A DNA stretch of 64,000 nucleotides. Origin: Eledone cirrhosa. Lineage: Eukaryota. Under the pieces are notes generated by a model that saw only the letters and a program-made list of their open reading frames with translations, made no database searches and was not told where the DNA came from. The stretch spans positions 147,622,001 through 147,686,000 of the forward strand of contig OZ024740.1 of assembly GCA_964016885.1 (NCBI GenBank). Direction: 5' to 3'. Both the position numbers and the translations under genes were made by a program. Positions 14,342 to 30,613 of the stretch are shown here, piece after piece; the stretch's first letter is position 1, and every line of letters starts with the position of its first letter.

Positions 14342-14948
14342 TGGCTGCCAACTCGTTTTCGAGTACGGCCACTACTTTATATCCATGTAGGAGAACCCCT
14401 ACCGATGCGCTGAACGAGTGTGACTTTTTAGTCCAGCCAGTGACTTGAAAACTCTGGTACAAACACTACACTTGTGACAATTATTGACACACAGTGCTGG
14501 GCCCATGGTACAATGTGACGACAAGTGCAGAGAGATCTCCAGATATAAAGAAATGCCTGTGCCGTGAAGCTTTTATAGTGAGCAAAGGCACTGCACCAAG
14601 CCAGTCCCACTCTCTTGACCAAGATGATATTTACCAAAAAGAAGAACACGTCAACATCATTGGATACCATCAGGGTTGCAGGTGTTATATCAGAGTTTTC
14701 CTTCTCCTAGAATTCTGCCTTGACAAAAGCTAAGGGGTCATCTCTCCCGGTGATTTTGGATGGCCATTGACTCTTAAGAGGTCCTTTGCCCTTTGACAGG
14801 TTTTGTTTTTAGTCCTGCAGGATGTCCAAAGTCACCCTCCTCACCAAGAAACCTTGGTGGGGTTGCCAGTTTAGTCGCTAACGACCCGACCATGAGACAG
14901 GTTGTACTGGGATACATGTTACCAGTAGCACCAACTGGTGACCTGACA
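14340..14948 (-). mobile_element. Internally deleted RTE derivative (5'UTR-like region joined to ORF end)
   Basis: minus strand encodes CSVCTRVFKSLAGLKSHTRSAHR*, matching the RTE C2H2 end at 58174-58280. Confidence 0.65.
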
Positions 14949-15539
14949 TATATATATATGTATACATATATATATACATACATATATACATATATATATA
15001 CATATATATATATACACGCACACATACACATACGCACACACACACATACAATTAAATAATTAAAATACTATAAATGTATGTACACATAAGCCTGTCTGCA
15101 TATGCGCCCGCACACAACCCTATGTGAGTACATTAAAAAGCTAAGGGGTAAGTAAGGACAAAAGGGGAGTAAAATTGAAATAAAATAAAATAAAATAAAA
15201 AACACAATTATTAAGAACATGTAAGGGAAAATGTGTTGTAAAAGGTTTGTGATGAGATCTAGAAAAGAGCATCTTGTTAAAAAGTGAACTGAGTAAAGGA
15301 TAAAGGTGGTGGGTGTATATGTATAAAAGGTAAGGTAGAAAGTAGGGAGGTTTATAAGTCAACTGAAAAAAATGATAAAAATAAAAATAAGAAGATAAAA
15401 ATAAAGAGATATATAGAAGGAGATGAAGGAGAAAAAGTATATATGGGTAGAAAGTATGAGTTCATAAGGTAATAATATTCGTGGTGAGTGGAAGGCGTGA
15501 TGAGTAAAGAAGAAGCTCAAGGTGGTTGAGTAATCGTAG

Positions 15540-16990
15540 GAATGTTAATCTAGTTAAAAAGTAGATGCGATTTCAGATGCGGACAACATCTGAAGATCTC
15601 GGTCTTAGAGTTGAGGCAACTGGAAGGGGCTTTCAAGTTTTGGAGAATTTTAAATTTTTCCGTGGTGCACAAAGAACATTTCTTTGTGCCCCTTTGGTAT
15701 TCTCTTGAATGGTCTTAAATAGCCCAATCAATAGTGTACGGAATGTTTTTGTCTTTGAACTCCCATACTTTATTTGCCAGCGTCGCTGCTGTTCTTTTTT
15801 CAGGGTGTTTGAAAGAAGCGACATGTGCATAATACCTGGTTTTGAATCTGTCCTGAGTCATGCCAACATATCGTTCACTCCTGGCTGGTTATTAATCATC
15901 GGTGTCAATTTGGCCTCATACACAATGGATTTGGTATTACATTTACCCTGTAATGGGCATTCTTCCAGCTTCCTGCAACTGCATCCTGGATTTACTCTCG
16001 TACGATTAGAGTTGGTAATTTTAGTCTTCATTGATGTGCAGCAAGAGTAACTGATTTTGACTACATTTCTATTAAATATCTTATTATATCTATGATTAGG
16101 GGGAAAATATTTGTCTAGGAGGTCGAGGAATTTTCTTCCTACATTAGTTTTAACAGTTAGAGAGAAGGGGGGCGTAAACCAAATAATTTTTTCTTTTCCT
16201 GTTACTGTGTTTAGTGTTAGAGAGAGGAGTAGGTAAATATTTAATATGTTCGGTGAAGCCGCTGTTATTGAGGGCCTTATTATAAGGGCCGGCTTTGTTA
16301 AAAATGTCTATAGACGAAGATAAGGTAGAAATCCTACGGCTAATGTTAGGAATAGGATTTTTAAAGACTATAGGGGGATGGCAAGACTCTGTGTATATAT
16401 CTTAAAAAAAATTCTCGTTAGGTTTATGATAAGGTTTAAAAGAGACAGTAAGTAGATCAAGAAGAATATCAAGAAAGTTAGTATTAGAAGATTCATATCT
16501 ATAGTAATTTTAAGGTTTAGGTTAGCAAAGGTATTGATTAAATCTTTACGGAATTTATCAACTTATGGCCGTTGGTGGTATGAGAAACTGCCAAACCGTT
16601 GTCTCGGTATAAACCGATATTATGGCAAGGAAATTTCTCTTTAAGGGTGTGAAGGGGGTATAATCCTATTAAGTCGCACACATCAGCACTATCATATGAG
16701 CCCATCGCAACATCAAAAGAGTTTTCAGGGCTTGATTTTTTAACCCAAATACTTTCATTAGCAAAGAGTAGTGTTTTCATAGCATGAAATATAACGTCTT
16801 CTAATTTAGAAATATTAATGAAAGGTCTTGCAAAATCTAAGGCTTTTGTTAATAAGGATTCAGTGATAGAGGGGTAAAAATCAAAAATATCGAATTGGGT
16901 AAATCTACACTTATTTTTTCCTTGTATATTATTAAACCAAAAAATAAGAGAGGATGTATTTAACCATTGTGATAAGTCAGTCATATATCT
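15540..16990 (-). pseudogene. Penelope-like RT + GIY-YIG remnant
   Basis: QFDIFDFYPSI, FDVAMGSYDSADVCDLIG, GLYRDN, IIWFTPPFS, SIVYEAK..YVGMT; several frameshifts. Confidence 0.9.
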
Positions 16991-17093
16991 GCCGTCGGGG
17001 TCATACATCTTCCTATTACCCACTATACTACCCTAAGTTTTGAGTACTCGGAGCGTTATGGTCCATCTGGTTTCTTACCACAACTACTTCGTT
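16990..17093 (+). mobile_element. Terminal fragment of the GAGCTC-loop HHR family fused to the Penelope RT remnant
   Basis: GCCGTCGGGGTC..CCTATTACCCACT..TTCGTTA matches 19763-19867. Confidence 0.7.
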
Positions 17094-17259
17094 ATATATA
17101 TATATATAGTAATAATAATAAATTTTCAAGACTAAAATCCAAAGAGGGCTCGATAAGGATAAATATATATCAAATATATAAGAACCGTAGAGCAAATATT
17201 TATTAAAATAACAGATTAAAGTTTAAGCACCGATTCTTTGCTTAAACTTTAATCTGTTA

Positions 17260-19867
<2,608 letters not shown>

Positions 19868-20395
19868 TATATATATATATATATGTGTAAAAGGTAAACA
19901 AAAATAACAAGACAAACGGTACAGTATATGTAAGGAATATGTTAGTTTAACGCTTGAAACACCAGGAAGGGGGTATTGCGTGCGTGTGTATGTTTGTACA
20001 CAGTTGTGAAGATACGAGGATCATGTTGTGTGTCAGACTTTGGCTGTGCAGAGCTATTGTCTGTGTTCTGTTATCTTGGTGTGACTGTGCCTACACACGT
20101 GCTGACCAGCTTAGAAAGCTACATAGTGACACATGCATTAGAATTTCCAACCGCTAAACTCCGAAGGGAGAAGGTCAAGGCGAATACCAAGAGAGGATAG
20201 AAACTGGATATTAAGGGTAATCATGGCTGGAATCATGGTTGCAAAGCATTTTAATCTGATACCAATGCGGTCCAATTTTTGGCCTCACGCAAACACAACG
20301 CCTCATGTAAGCGGCATACGCACACATGCACATATAGGGAACACATAAAAGTGATGTGTGAAGGTGTAAATCATGTGAATATGTGGGATACCTTA

Positions 20396-20496
<101 letters not shown>

Positions 20497-21039
20497 TTCA
20501 ACAATGTCATTATTCCGTGTGTCATAATTCTCGATTATCATTGGTTCATAGGTTTCAAATGACTCCGCCCACCTCAACGACGCCAAACTTAAATTAATAT
20601 GCATAGTGCCAATGAGGGAGTGAGAGGGGAGAGAGAGAGGCAAAGTGAACGCTGCGTTTGGATACACTATGTATATGTGTCAGTGCAGAGTTATGTGTGT
20701 GTGTGTGATGTGTGTGGAAAATAAGAGGGGAAGGAAAGCAATAACTATTAACATGTGTGCGTGTGTATGTACATGCGCGCATGTTTATGTGTGTGTGCAG
20801 CGTTCCACAGAAAGTAAAAACTATCAACATGTGCGTGTGTGTAAGTGAACGGGTGCGTCTGTAAGTTTGCGTGCGTGTGCGCGTTTCCATGTGTGTATGT
20901 GTGTGTACGTGCGGCATCCCACAATCGCCACGCAGTTTATCTGTCTGTGTGCCTGTCTGTCAGTCTAACTTACACAGAGTTGTGAAGGGAGTAAATAGGG
21001 ACCTTTTTTTACATTGACGGGCATATTTTATATTAAGTA

Positions 21040-21398
21040 TCTATATCTATATCTACATATAATATATAAGATTGGAACTTCCATCATCCTTTTGAGAAAC
21101 GTGGAACAACCACGTCTATGCAATGATACACGTTTTACAGTCAGGCAGAAGATGAACCATCTCCTAGAGGTCACTATTCTAGGTGGGAGCACCTAGAATT
21201 GTTCATATACTATGCACAAACGGTACAACGAAGAATCTGGTATATCTGGAAGATTTTTTTTACTGTTTTTTGTATCACACAGACACCACGGACTCACAAC
21301 ATACTGTAACCAGACAAACATCCAATACAGTAATTTTCTCTTTTACCTGTTTTCTCTTATCATCTGTGTACCCGGGCGAAGGTGGGTACGTCAGCTAG
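21040..21398 (+). mobile_element. Non-autonomous Helitron
   Basis: 5' A|TCTATA; 3' hairpin GTACCCGGGCGAAGGTGGGTAC then GTCAGCTAG|T. Confidence 0.7.
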
Positions 21399-21405
21399 TA
21401 TATAT

Positions 21406-21536
21406 TATTTCTGAAGACTGCGGGTAGGGAAGACGTATGTATATTTTCTTACTTTGATAATTTGTAATATATTTTACATAGATCACTAATAGAATGAACA
21501 TACAGAGAACTGCCCCCCAGAAACGATCGTAAAATA
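21406..21536 (+). ncRNA. Type I hammerhead with ~100-nt stem II insert
   Basis: TATTT CTGAAGA ... GAAA CGATCG TA AAATA; family also at 47732-47880 and 49771-49920. Confidence 0.75.
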
Positions 21537-21593
21537 TTGAGTTTTACTATGAATTACCCGTATTTTGTTTAATTTCATTGTTTTCACTATTTG

Positions 21594-21723
<130 letters not shown>

Positions 21724-21732
21724 ATATATATT

Positions 21733-21804
<72 letters not shown>

Positions 21805-21982
21805 AGAGAGAGAGAGATAGAGAGAGGAAGAGGAAGAGTGTGTGTGTGTGTGTGAGAGTGTGTGTGAGAGAGAGAGAGAGAGAGAGTGTGTGTGTGTGTG
21901 TGTGAAGAATAAACAGAAATAACAAAGCAAGCGATACAATACAATGAAAAATATATTAGTTTAACGCTTGAAATAATAAGAA

Positions 21983-22012
21983 AACGTTTCGGACACTAGT
22001 CCTTCATCTGAA
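21983..22012 (-). ncRNA. Partial/degenerate hammerhead
   Basis: CAGATGA A GGAC-tagt-GTCC GAAA CG TT; stem I not supported. Confidence 0.45.
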
Positions 22013-22232
22013 GATAGAATGAGAAACAAAAGATGAAATAGAAAGATAAAGAGTGAGAAGAGGAAGGGACGGCAAAAAATGATGAAAAGTACACGTGCGT
22101 ATTCAGTTAGCTATTTTGGAAAGATGCTGGCTAGAGAGCTTTAGGAAGGAAGATAAACATTGTATATTTGGGGTGAACACGTGTGTATGTGCGTGCGTGT
22201 CTGTGTGTGTTTTAGTGTACGCGCGTGTATAA

Positions 22233-24239
22233 TGGAAGAACGGGGGGAGCAGGGTACATTACATAGAGACCAAGAGGGAAGCTAGGCGACAAGTATACTT
22301 AGCTAGGAGGGAAGCAGAGGATAGAAAATTCAAGCATGTTTTACAACGTGAGGACCAGAAACAGGAGGTATTCAAGATTGCGAGGCAGTGTGTCAGAGAT
22401 AGTTGTGATGTCATTGGAGAGAAGTGTATCCGGAATGATAAAGGTGAGCTTGCCCTCACAAGTGCTGAGAAGAAAGATGCATGGAAGAGTCATTATGATA
22501 GATTACTAAATGAGGAGAATGCATGGGAAGAAGAGACCCTACCCCACGTAGACCCTATAGAGGGACCAGCAGTACAAGTCAGCGGCAGCGTAGTAAGTAA
22601 GGCAATCAGAGATATGAAGATAGGGAAGGCAACCGGTCCATCGGGTATAGCTACCGAGATGCTGAAGGCATCTGGGTCTGTAGGTCACACTATAACCACA
22701 CGTATCGTTAACCAGGTAATACTAGAGGGGGCCATACCAAAAGATTGGTGCAGTAGCATCATTGTCAACTGCTACAAAGGTAAAGGCGATGCACTAGATA
22801 GAGGAAACTATAGAGGTATAAAGTTGATGGACCAGGTCATGAAAGTAACAGAAAGAGTTATAGCACAGCTGATTAGGGACCGGGTGAATATAGACGAGAT
22901 GCAATTTGGGTTTGTTCCAGGGAAAGGCACCACTGATGCGCTCTTCCTTGTGAGGCAATTACAGGAAAAGTACCTAGCTAAAAGTAAGCCACTCTACTTG
23001 GCATTTGTCGACCTTGAGAAAGCCTTTGACAGAGTTCCACGTGCAGTAATCTGGTGGGCTCTTAGAACACTAGGAGTAGATGAATGGCTTGTGAAAGCGG
23101 TACAAGCCATGTATAGGGGAGCAGTCAGCAAAGTTAGGATTGGCAATGAGTATAGCGAGGAATTTAGCGTACAGGTTGGGGTCCACCAGGGCTCTGTTCT
23201 TAGCCCTCTCCTGTTCATCATAGTCCTGCAGGCAATAACGGAGGAGTTTAAGACCGGATGCCCATGGGAACTCCTGTATGCTGATGACCTCGCACTCATA
23301 GCTGAATCTATGGTAGAACTAGAGAATAAATTCCAAACCTGGAAGCAGGGACTAGAGAGAAAGGGCCTCAAAGTCAACATGACAAAGACTAAGGTCCTTA
23401 TAAGTAGACGAGAAAACAGAACCCAGATCCCCTCAGGGAAATGGCCTTGCTCAGTATGTAGGAAAGGTGTAGGTAGGAACTCCATTCTTTGCCCCAAATG
23501 CAAACAATGGGTACACAAGAGATGTAGCGGGATCTCAGGAAGCTTAATTAAGAATGTAGGATTCACATGCAGCAGCTGTGCTGAAACAGCAAGCAAACAG
23601 CCACAGGAAACAAGTACCACCAATCTCTGGGAGGGCCCTGTAGAAACAGTAGACAGCTTCTGCTACCTAGGTGACCGAATTAGCAACGGAGGTGGGTGCT
23701 CAGAAAGTACAATAACTAGGGTAAGAACGGGATGGAAGAAGTTTAGGGAACTACTACCACTGCTAGCTGCAAAAGGCTTCTCCCTCAGAATGAAAGGCAG
23801 ACCGTATGATGCGTGTATCCGAACAGCGATGTTGCATGGTAGTGAGACCTGGGCGCTGAAGGTGGAAGACTTACGTAGATTAGAGAGAAACGAAGCCTGC
23901 ATGCTCCGATGGATGTGTAACAGTAATATACGTGAACGACAAAGCATAAATGAATTGAGAGAGAGACTGAGCATAAGAGGAATCAAATGCTGCGTGCAGG
24001 AGAGGCGGTTACGCTGGTATGGACATGTGATGCGTATGAAGGATGACAGCTGCATAAAAAGGTGCAGAGCACTAGAAGTTGATGGAAACCGCGGAGTGGG
24101 GAGACCCAAGATGACTTGGGATGAGGTGATAAGAGCCGACCTTACCCAACTACACCTCTCAAAGTCAATGACACACGACCGTGACTTCTGGCGTCACGCA
24201 GTAATACAGGGTACCCGACCTCCCATGGGTACATGCTGA
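22233..24239 (+). CDS. RTE reverse transcriptase (open frame, 5'-truncated) with internal Cys/His finger
   Basis: NYRGIKL, QFGF, AFVDLEKAFD, GVHQGSVLSP, LYADD, YLG, HGSETW, RLRWYGHV; frame stays open upstream of the Met at 22614. Confidence 0.9.
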   Translation, partial: WKNGGSRVHYIETKREARRQVYLARREAEDRKFKHVLQREDQKQEVFKIARQCVRDSCDVIGEKCIRNDKGELALTSAEKKDAWKSHYDRLLNEENAWEEETLPHVDPIEGPAVQVSGSVVSKAIRDMKIGKATGPSGIATEMLKASGSVGHTITTRIVNQVILEGAIPKDWCSSIIVNCYKGKGDALDRGNYRGIKLMDQVMKVTERVIAQLIRDRVNIDEMQFGFVPGKGTTDALFLVRQLQEKYLAKSKPLYLAFVDLEKAFDRVPRAVIWWALRTLGVDEWLVKAVQAMYRGAVSKVRIGNEYSEEFSVQVGVHQGSVLSPLLFIIVLQAITEEFKTGCPWELLYADDLALIAESMVELENKFQTWKQGLERKGLKVNMTKTKVLISRRENRTQIPSGKWPCSVCRKGVGRNSILCPKCKQWVHKRCSGISGSLIKNVGFTCSSCAETASKQPQETSTTNLWEGPVETVDSFCYLGDRISNGGGCSESTITRVRTGWKKFRELLPLLAAKGFSLRMKGRPYDACIRTAMLHGSETWALKVEDLRRLERNEACMLRWMCNSNIRERQSINELRERLSIRGIKCCVQERRLRWYGHVMRMKDDSCIKRCRALEVDGNRGVGRPKMTWDEVIRADLTQLHLSKSMTHDRDFWRHAVIQGTRPPMGTC

Positions 24240-24539
24240 AGCATATAAACAATATGCCCCCCCCCCCCCACCGCAAGGTGGTCGTGGAGGTGCCACGGCA
24301 AAAAAGCACCCAGCCCACACTGTAAAGTGGACGTGTAGGCGCCACGAAAAAGCACCCAGCACTCACTGTAAATGAGGTTGGTGTTAGGAAGGGCATCCAG
24401 CTGTAGAAATCAAGCCAGATCAGTTCCTGTATGAGCAAGGCATGGTCAGCCGACCAGACACTGCCCACAACAGGACAACCCGTCTAACCCATGCTAGCGT
24501 GGAAGAACGGACGTAAAACGGTGATGATGATGATGATGA

Positions 24540-24543
<4 letters not shown>
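22233..24543 (+). mobile_element. 5'-truncated RTE-clade LINE with 3'UTR and (GAT)n tail
   Basis: RT ORF; 3'UTR GGTTGGTGTTAGGAAGGGCATCCAGCTGTAGAAA; ends in (GAT)n. Confidence 0.92.
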
Positions 24544-24586
<43 letters not shown>

Positions 24587-24630
24587 TGAAAAAGAACAAA
24601 GGAGCTATTATGACATTATAACAAGTTTAT

Positions 24631-24677
24631 TGCCGACAGCCGTTTCGTCCGACCATATGGTGGCACTTTTCAAGGTA
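24631..24677 (-). ncRNA. Type I hammerhead, U3-A8 core
   Basis: TACC TTGAAAA GTGCCACCATATGGTCGGAC GAAA CGGCTG TC GGCA. Confidence 0.7.
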
Positions 24678-25275
24678 TATAACATGTGATTGTAAGTTCA
24701 TTATTTACATCAACGTATCACTTAAGACTAGCAGTTTGAAATTGTGGTATACATCAGCAGCTCCGCTTGTATATTTGGAGTTTATATTCTAAGGGGGCTC
24801 TTTTATATTAGTTGTCGGAATTGTAAAAGGGGTGGGTTATGGGGAGTTAAGAGAATTTGAAAATGGCCTAAGAGTCAGGGATTGAAGGTTAAAAATTAGA
24901 TAATTTATAATTTACGCATTAAAAGTAAAAGACTTGGGATCTCGTCGAAGCACCTTAAAAAATCCCCCAATAAGTGCATAAAGCTTACAAGCCCCAATAA
25001 ACTTAACAAACTAGAAGAGATTAAGAGACTAATAAAATAAATAAAATAAAATAAAATAAATAAAATAAAAAAATAAAGATATAAAGTTTCCCTAAAAAAT
25101 ATAAAGTTTCCCAAGAAGTTCCTTCGAGAGAAAAAAATTTCTTTCGAAAGAAAAAAACTTTCTTCCCCAGAGATCTCGTTAAAAAATTTTCGAAAATTTA
25201 CGAAGTTTTGATAATCCCTACTAAGTTGAAAGAAACTAATCAATTAAAGGTTAAATATATATATATATATATATA

Positions 25276-25444
25276 TAGGAACGAGTAGGACCCCGACGGC
25301 TGAACTCAAGCCATTTCGACGGCTAATTCTGGACTGAGCTCAGCCGTCGGGGTCCTACTCGTTCCTATTACCCACTCTACTACCCTAAGTATTGAGTACT
25401 TTGGTGCGTTATGGTCCACCTGGTTCCTTACCACATTTCCTTCG

Positions 25445-25447
<3 letters not shown>
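25276..25447 (+). mobile_element. Minimal foldback plus tail of the GAGCTC-loop HHR family
   Basis: matches the 17366 and 19760-19867 ends. Confidence 0.8.
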
Positions 25448-25884
<437 letters not shown>

Positions 25885-26023
25885 AGATCAAAAGATGGTT
25901 AAAAGAGTTCCAAGTATTTTATTATGCGCATTTCAAAAACAGAGGAAGTTATGCAATGGTCACTATATAGAACAGGCGATTTAGTTTCCCATGACTTATT
26001 ATTATTTTTCTTTTACTTTATTA

Positions 26024-26082
26024 TTATTATATTTCAAAAACAAATATCATCATGGGATGATATTTGCGTTCTCATCAGATAA
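26024..26082 (-). ncRNA. Type I hammerhead
   Basis: TTAT CTGATGA GAACGCAAATATCATC-ccat-GATGATATTTGTTTTT GAAA TA TA ATAA. Confidence 0.75.
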
Positions 26083-26979
26083 AATAGGGAGACATGATAT
26101 GAAGCTTAAAAACCACTTGCGAGCAGTGAAGTGTTAAATCAACATATGAAAAATAAAGTAAGATGGATATATGAGATTGGGAAAAAAAGAAGGGGGGGGG
26201 GGTAGGAAAAGGTAAGGAAGCGGAAGAAAGAAAATAAAGGATGACGGGGGAGGAGTATAAGAAGGAAGGATGAGAGAGGAGGAGAAATGAGTGATAGAGA
26301 GAGAGAAATAGCCTTTACAACTGAGAAAACATTGTCTTACTGAGAGAAATTAAAAAACCATTGAAAGATAATAGATAATTTAAAAAGATTTTGAAATTCA
26401 AAGTTAATGAGGTTTATGAATGGTGATGTTTATGATTAAAGAAAAAGGAATTAAGAATAGTATTTATTTAAGGTTTATATATTGAAGGGTTTAATAATAT
26501 ATGCGAAAAAAAGAATTTATGAATATGTATTATTAAAATTAAAATATTAAGGATATTAAGGATATAATATGAAAGAAGGATAGATTGAATGAATTATGAA
26601 CTTAGACGAATTAGTTAGGGTTTAAGTTTGTTGTTATGTATTGTAATATGTAAAAGTAAATAATAGGTTTAATACGAGCACGGAAGGAGAGAAGAAAGAA
26701 GAAAATTTAAGGGAGAAAAAATATCTAACGTCAAAAAGTATATATGTTTATAAAATTTTCTAATGGTAATATTATTATATATTAAAAAATATATAGTTTC
26801 TATGGCCAATAATATAAGGAAAAATGGAAAAATGGAAAAAGCTATAGTGAGTAATAATATGAATTAAGAAGTAATTGGGAAGTAAAAGTTACAGATTAAA
26901 GATTAGAAATTAAAAAAGAAAAAGGAAGAAAGGAAAAAGGATAAAAAGAAGAAAGATAGGGCACCTCTAACGACATAGA

Positions 26980-29900
26980 ATGAGTAAATTGTATAATATA
27001 ATTATTATATCTTACCTAAGAAATCTCAAAAATAATATAGAAAGCTTTGAAAAAACGGAAAAAATTATAGTCAAGTCAGATAAAACCAACAATCTTTATG
27101 GAATGCAAAAGGATATTTATAACGATCTTATATTGAAGGAATTAAGGAAGAAATACAAAAAAAAAAAACAACAACCAGTGATGACCTTTAAAAACTAAAT
27201 ACGGAAGCTTCTTATATAATGCAGGAATTAGGCTTCGAAAATAGCACACAACCCTTCATACCTAGGAAACCAAAAATTAATATGGAGGACCATAAAAGAA
27301 ACTTTGAAATTAAATTACCAGTTAGACTGATTGCACCATCTAAATCGGACCTTGTCATACTTAGCAAGAATATTTTAGATAGAATCATACCACAACTTAA
27401 GGAAATATCTTATTTAAAATTATGGAAAGGGACTAATGAAGTTATCAACTGGTTTAAGGACATTAAATATAACTATAACAATAAATTTATTCAATTGGAT
27501 ATTGCTAATTATTACTCATCCATCACTCCTAATCTACTTAATAAAGCCCTCACATATGCATTTAAACATACATACTTAACTAGTAATGAAATGCACATTA
27601 TCTTACCTGCACGGAAAACATTAATTAAATTTAACAACCACCTCTGAACTAGAGCAGACAGAGATAGTAATTTCGATATTACTATGGGGTCATCTGATTC
27701 CGCACAAATAACGGATCTTGTGGGGCTTTTTATTAATAATACTCTACATAGGAAAGTATCGGAGATGACCGGAGGTTTATATCGCGACGATATGCTACTA
27801 CTTATAGAAAATAATAATAACTGTGAAATAAATAGGAAAAGAAAAGAAATTATACAATTTGTTAATTGCCTTAATCTTAAAGTAGAAGTAGAGAATAATT
27901 ATAGATTAGTTAACTTTCTAGATGTAACTTTAAACCTTAACACAGGTCTTTATTATCCATTTCACAAAATATATGAGAACTTAAACTACGTTAACTTTAA
28001 TTCCAATCACCCCAGATCCGTTAAAAACACTATAGTAAATTCATTGCAGCAACGTATTTCTAGAATTTCAGCTAATAGGAATATTTTTGAAGATAAAGCG
28101 CAATATTATAACGAAGCGTTAGGTAGAGCTGGATATAGTAATAAAATTAAATACATTGATAATAATAATGTGCCAACTAACGATAACTTTAAAAACTATA
28201 ATAGAAAACCTTACAATAACTCGAAAAACAAAAAAAGAATTAGAACTAGGAATATATTATGGTTCGCTCCCCCTTTCTCATTAAGTATTAAAACTCCTAA
28301 TGCTAAATTATTCTTTAAAGCTCTAGATACATGCTTTCCTAGAACACATAGGTATTACTCAATATTTAATAGACATACTATAAAATTATCGTATTCCACC
28401 ACTAGTAATTTAGCGCAGAATATTAATAGAATTAATAATAGAAACTTAAAACCTAACCAGAATACCATTAATAACCCTAGCAATATCCAATATGATAGTA
28501 CGGCTCCTAGTAACTTAAATTTAGATAAATGTAACTGTAGAAATAAATCTAACTGTCCTCTAAATAATAATTGTTTAGTTAAAAATATGGTATATAATTG
28601 TAATGTAACAACTAATATAAATTCCTTTAATTATGTAGGCTCTACCTCCACAGATTTTAAGTCCCGTTTTAATAACCATAAATGCTCTTTTACGAATATA
28701 GGTAAAACATCTTCAACTTCTCTATCTAATTTACTATGGGACCTAAAATCAAAGAACATTAACTACTCTTTACTTTGGAATATTATCTCCAAAGCTCCTT
28801 CATTCAATGCTTCATCTGAAAATTGTGCTCTTTGTATAGAGGAAATATTCTTTATATTAAAAAGTAAAATTTCTGTTAATTTAAGGAATAACTTATTCAG
28901 TTCTTGTAAACATCGGTTAAATTCAACGTTTAAATATGTATATAAAATGTAATACATAACTCATCTCTTTTACATAATTACATAATATCCTCTATTATGC
29001 ACTGGGTAATTGCTGGCCTTGTGCCTAAAGTAGAAACAATTATTACACCTATCGATAAATCATTAGATTCCTTTTATATGACTACTTGTAACTCTCTTCA
29101 AGAAAATAAACATTTTTCTTGAAAAATTTTTCTTGATAAACGTACTGAAGGATTTTTTGAAAATTCCTCTGACGGGTATAGGAAAATTATAATTCATATT
29201 TTATATTGTGTATTTTATATTTCTATATTCTTATATTTTTTAAATGCTTAATATATATATATCCAAATGTTTATATATATATGATAAACATAGTGATTTT
29301 TGATGTATATGTGGTATAAGCTAAAGTTTATACTTTAAATATATTTTATAAATATATTCTTATGAAAGAGTTTTTTTTGTGCTTTATGCTTTAAATATAT
29401 TCCTATGAAAATTTTAAATGTTATAATTTCTATATATTGTGACGTTATGGCAAGTAAATTTATGTTTTAACTGTTATAACTTTATAATTATGAATTTATA
29501 AATTTATGACTCAGTATAAAATAACGTAAGATTCATATTCTAATTACATTCTTATGATAGAAAATTTTACTTTTTAACTTCTTAACCTTATAGCATTTAA
29601 TTATTAGAGTCATCTGAGTTATTAATAAATCACTAGTAATTTCCTTTACGCTGTACAGCTACTATAATACAAATAAGGGGTTATTCTTCTGTAAACTCTC
29701 GGAATTTCCATGGGTTTAGAATGATTTGGATACTTTTAACCTACAATTTTTTTAATAATTAATAATTAATAATTAATGATAATATATATTTTATTATAAT
29801 AATAATATATATGTTTTTATAATAATAATATATTTTTTAATAATATATAATAGTTTTTAATTTTTTATTTTTTTTTTTATAATCTAACATACACATTTAA

Positions 29901-30453
29901 AGTAATGATTAAACTATTAAATTATTAATTAAACATTTAATCAAATTTATTGATTAAACCTGAGATAAAGTTTTTCAACCTATCATTATAATGAATCCTG
30001 CTATTATTCATCCACGCTATATTCGTTTCTTCGCTTCTTCTCTCCTCTCACGTAAACAAAATTACGCTATTAATGTCCTTATAACTAATATTCTCTCTCA
30101 CTTAAATATAGTCACGTTTACTCTCTCCCTTTGGCAAACATATATATAAACTATTCATTTTCTCTTTCTCTTTCTTTTTTCCCTCTTCCAACGGTTTAAT
30201 TTAAATATACTGTTATTTAAACCTTTCCGACACTAATTTGCATACTAAATCAACAATAAATCTAATATCTCCACTATCCAGGAAGCTCCAACCGGTAAGG
30301 TTGCATTTTTTCAGGGTATGTCAATATTTATTTATAAAACTAATCTGTATTATATTTTATCTGATGAAAGCGCACCATAATCTACCTTGGTGGCCCTTGT
30401 ATAATGAAATAAATATGGTTTTATAAATATAGTTTCCATTTGTTAATATATTG
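26980..30453 (+). mobile_element. Penelope-like element (RT + C-terminal GIY-YIG, long AT-rich 3'UTR, broken HHR ~30353-30400)
   Basis: KSDKTNN, IQLDIANYYSSI, MGSSDSA, GLYRDD, NFLDV, WFAPPFS, NMVYNC..YVGST; ends at (TA)n. Confidence 0.9.
27219..28952 (+). pseudogene. Penelope RT-GIY-YIG ORF with one in-frame TGA (27645-27647) and an upstream frameshift
   Basis: ORFs 27219 and 27684 share a frame; the TGA aligns with Trp in the 16538-17023 paralog. Confidence 0.85.
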
Positions 30454-30493
30454 TATATATATATGTGTGTGTGTGTGTATGTGAGTAGGTGTG

Positions 30494-30563
<70 letters not shown>

Positions 30564-30568
30564 TACGT

Positions 30569-30613
<45 letters not shown>

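Noticed and set aside
22994-24109. Antisense ORFs over the RTE (and 31231-31947 over L1)
   Set aside because: Shadow frames of RT coding sequence without recognisable motifs
27645-27647. In-frame TGA in the Penelope ORF as selenocysteine or readthrough
   Set aside because: It aligns with Trp in the paralog (ESIWVKK), so TGG>TGA decay is simpler; the element also has a frameshift upstream
30353-30400. Functional hammerhead
   Set aside because: The GAAA segment is deleted relative to the intact paralog at 61997-62062
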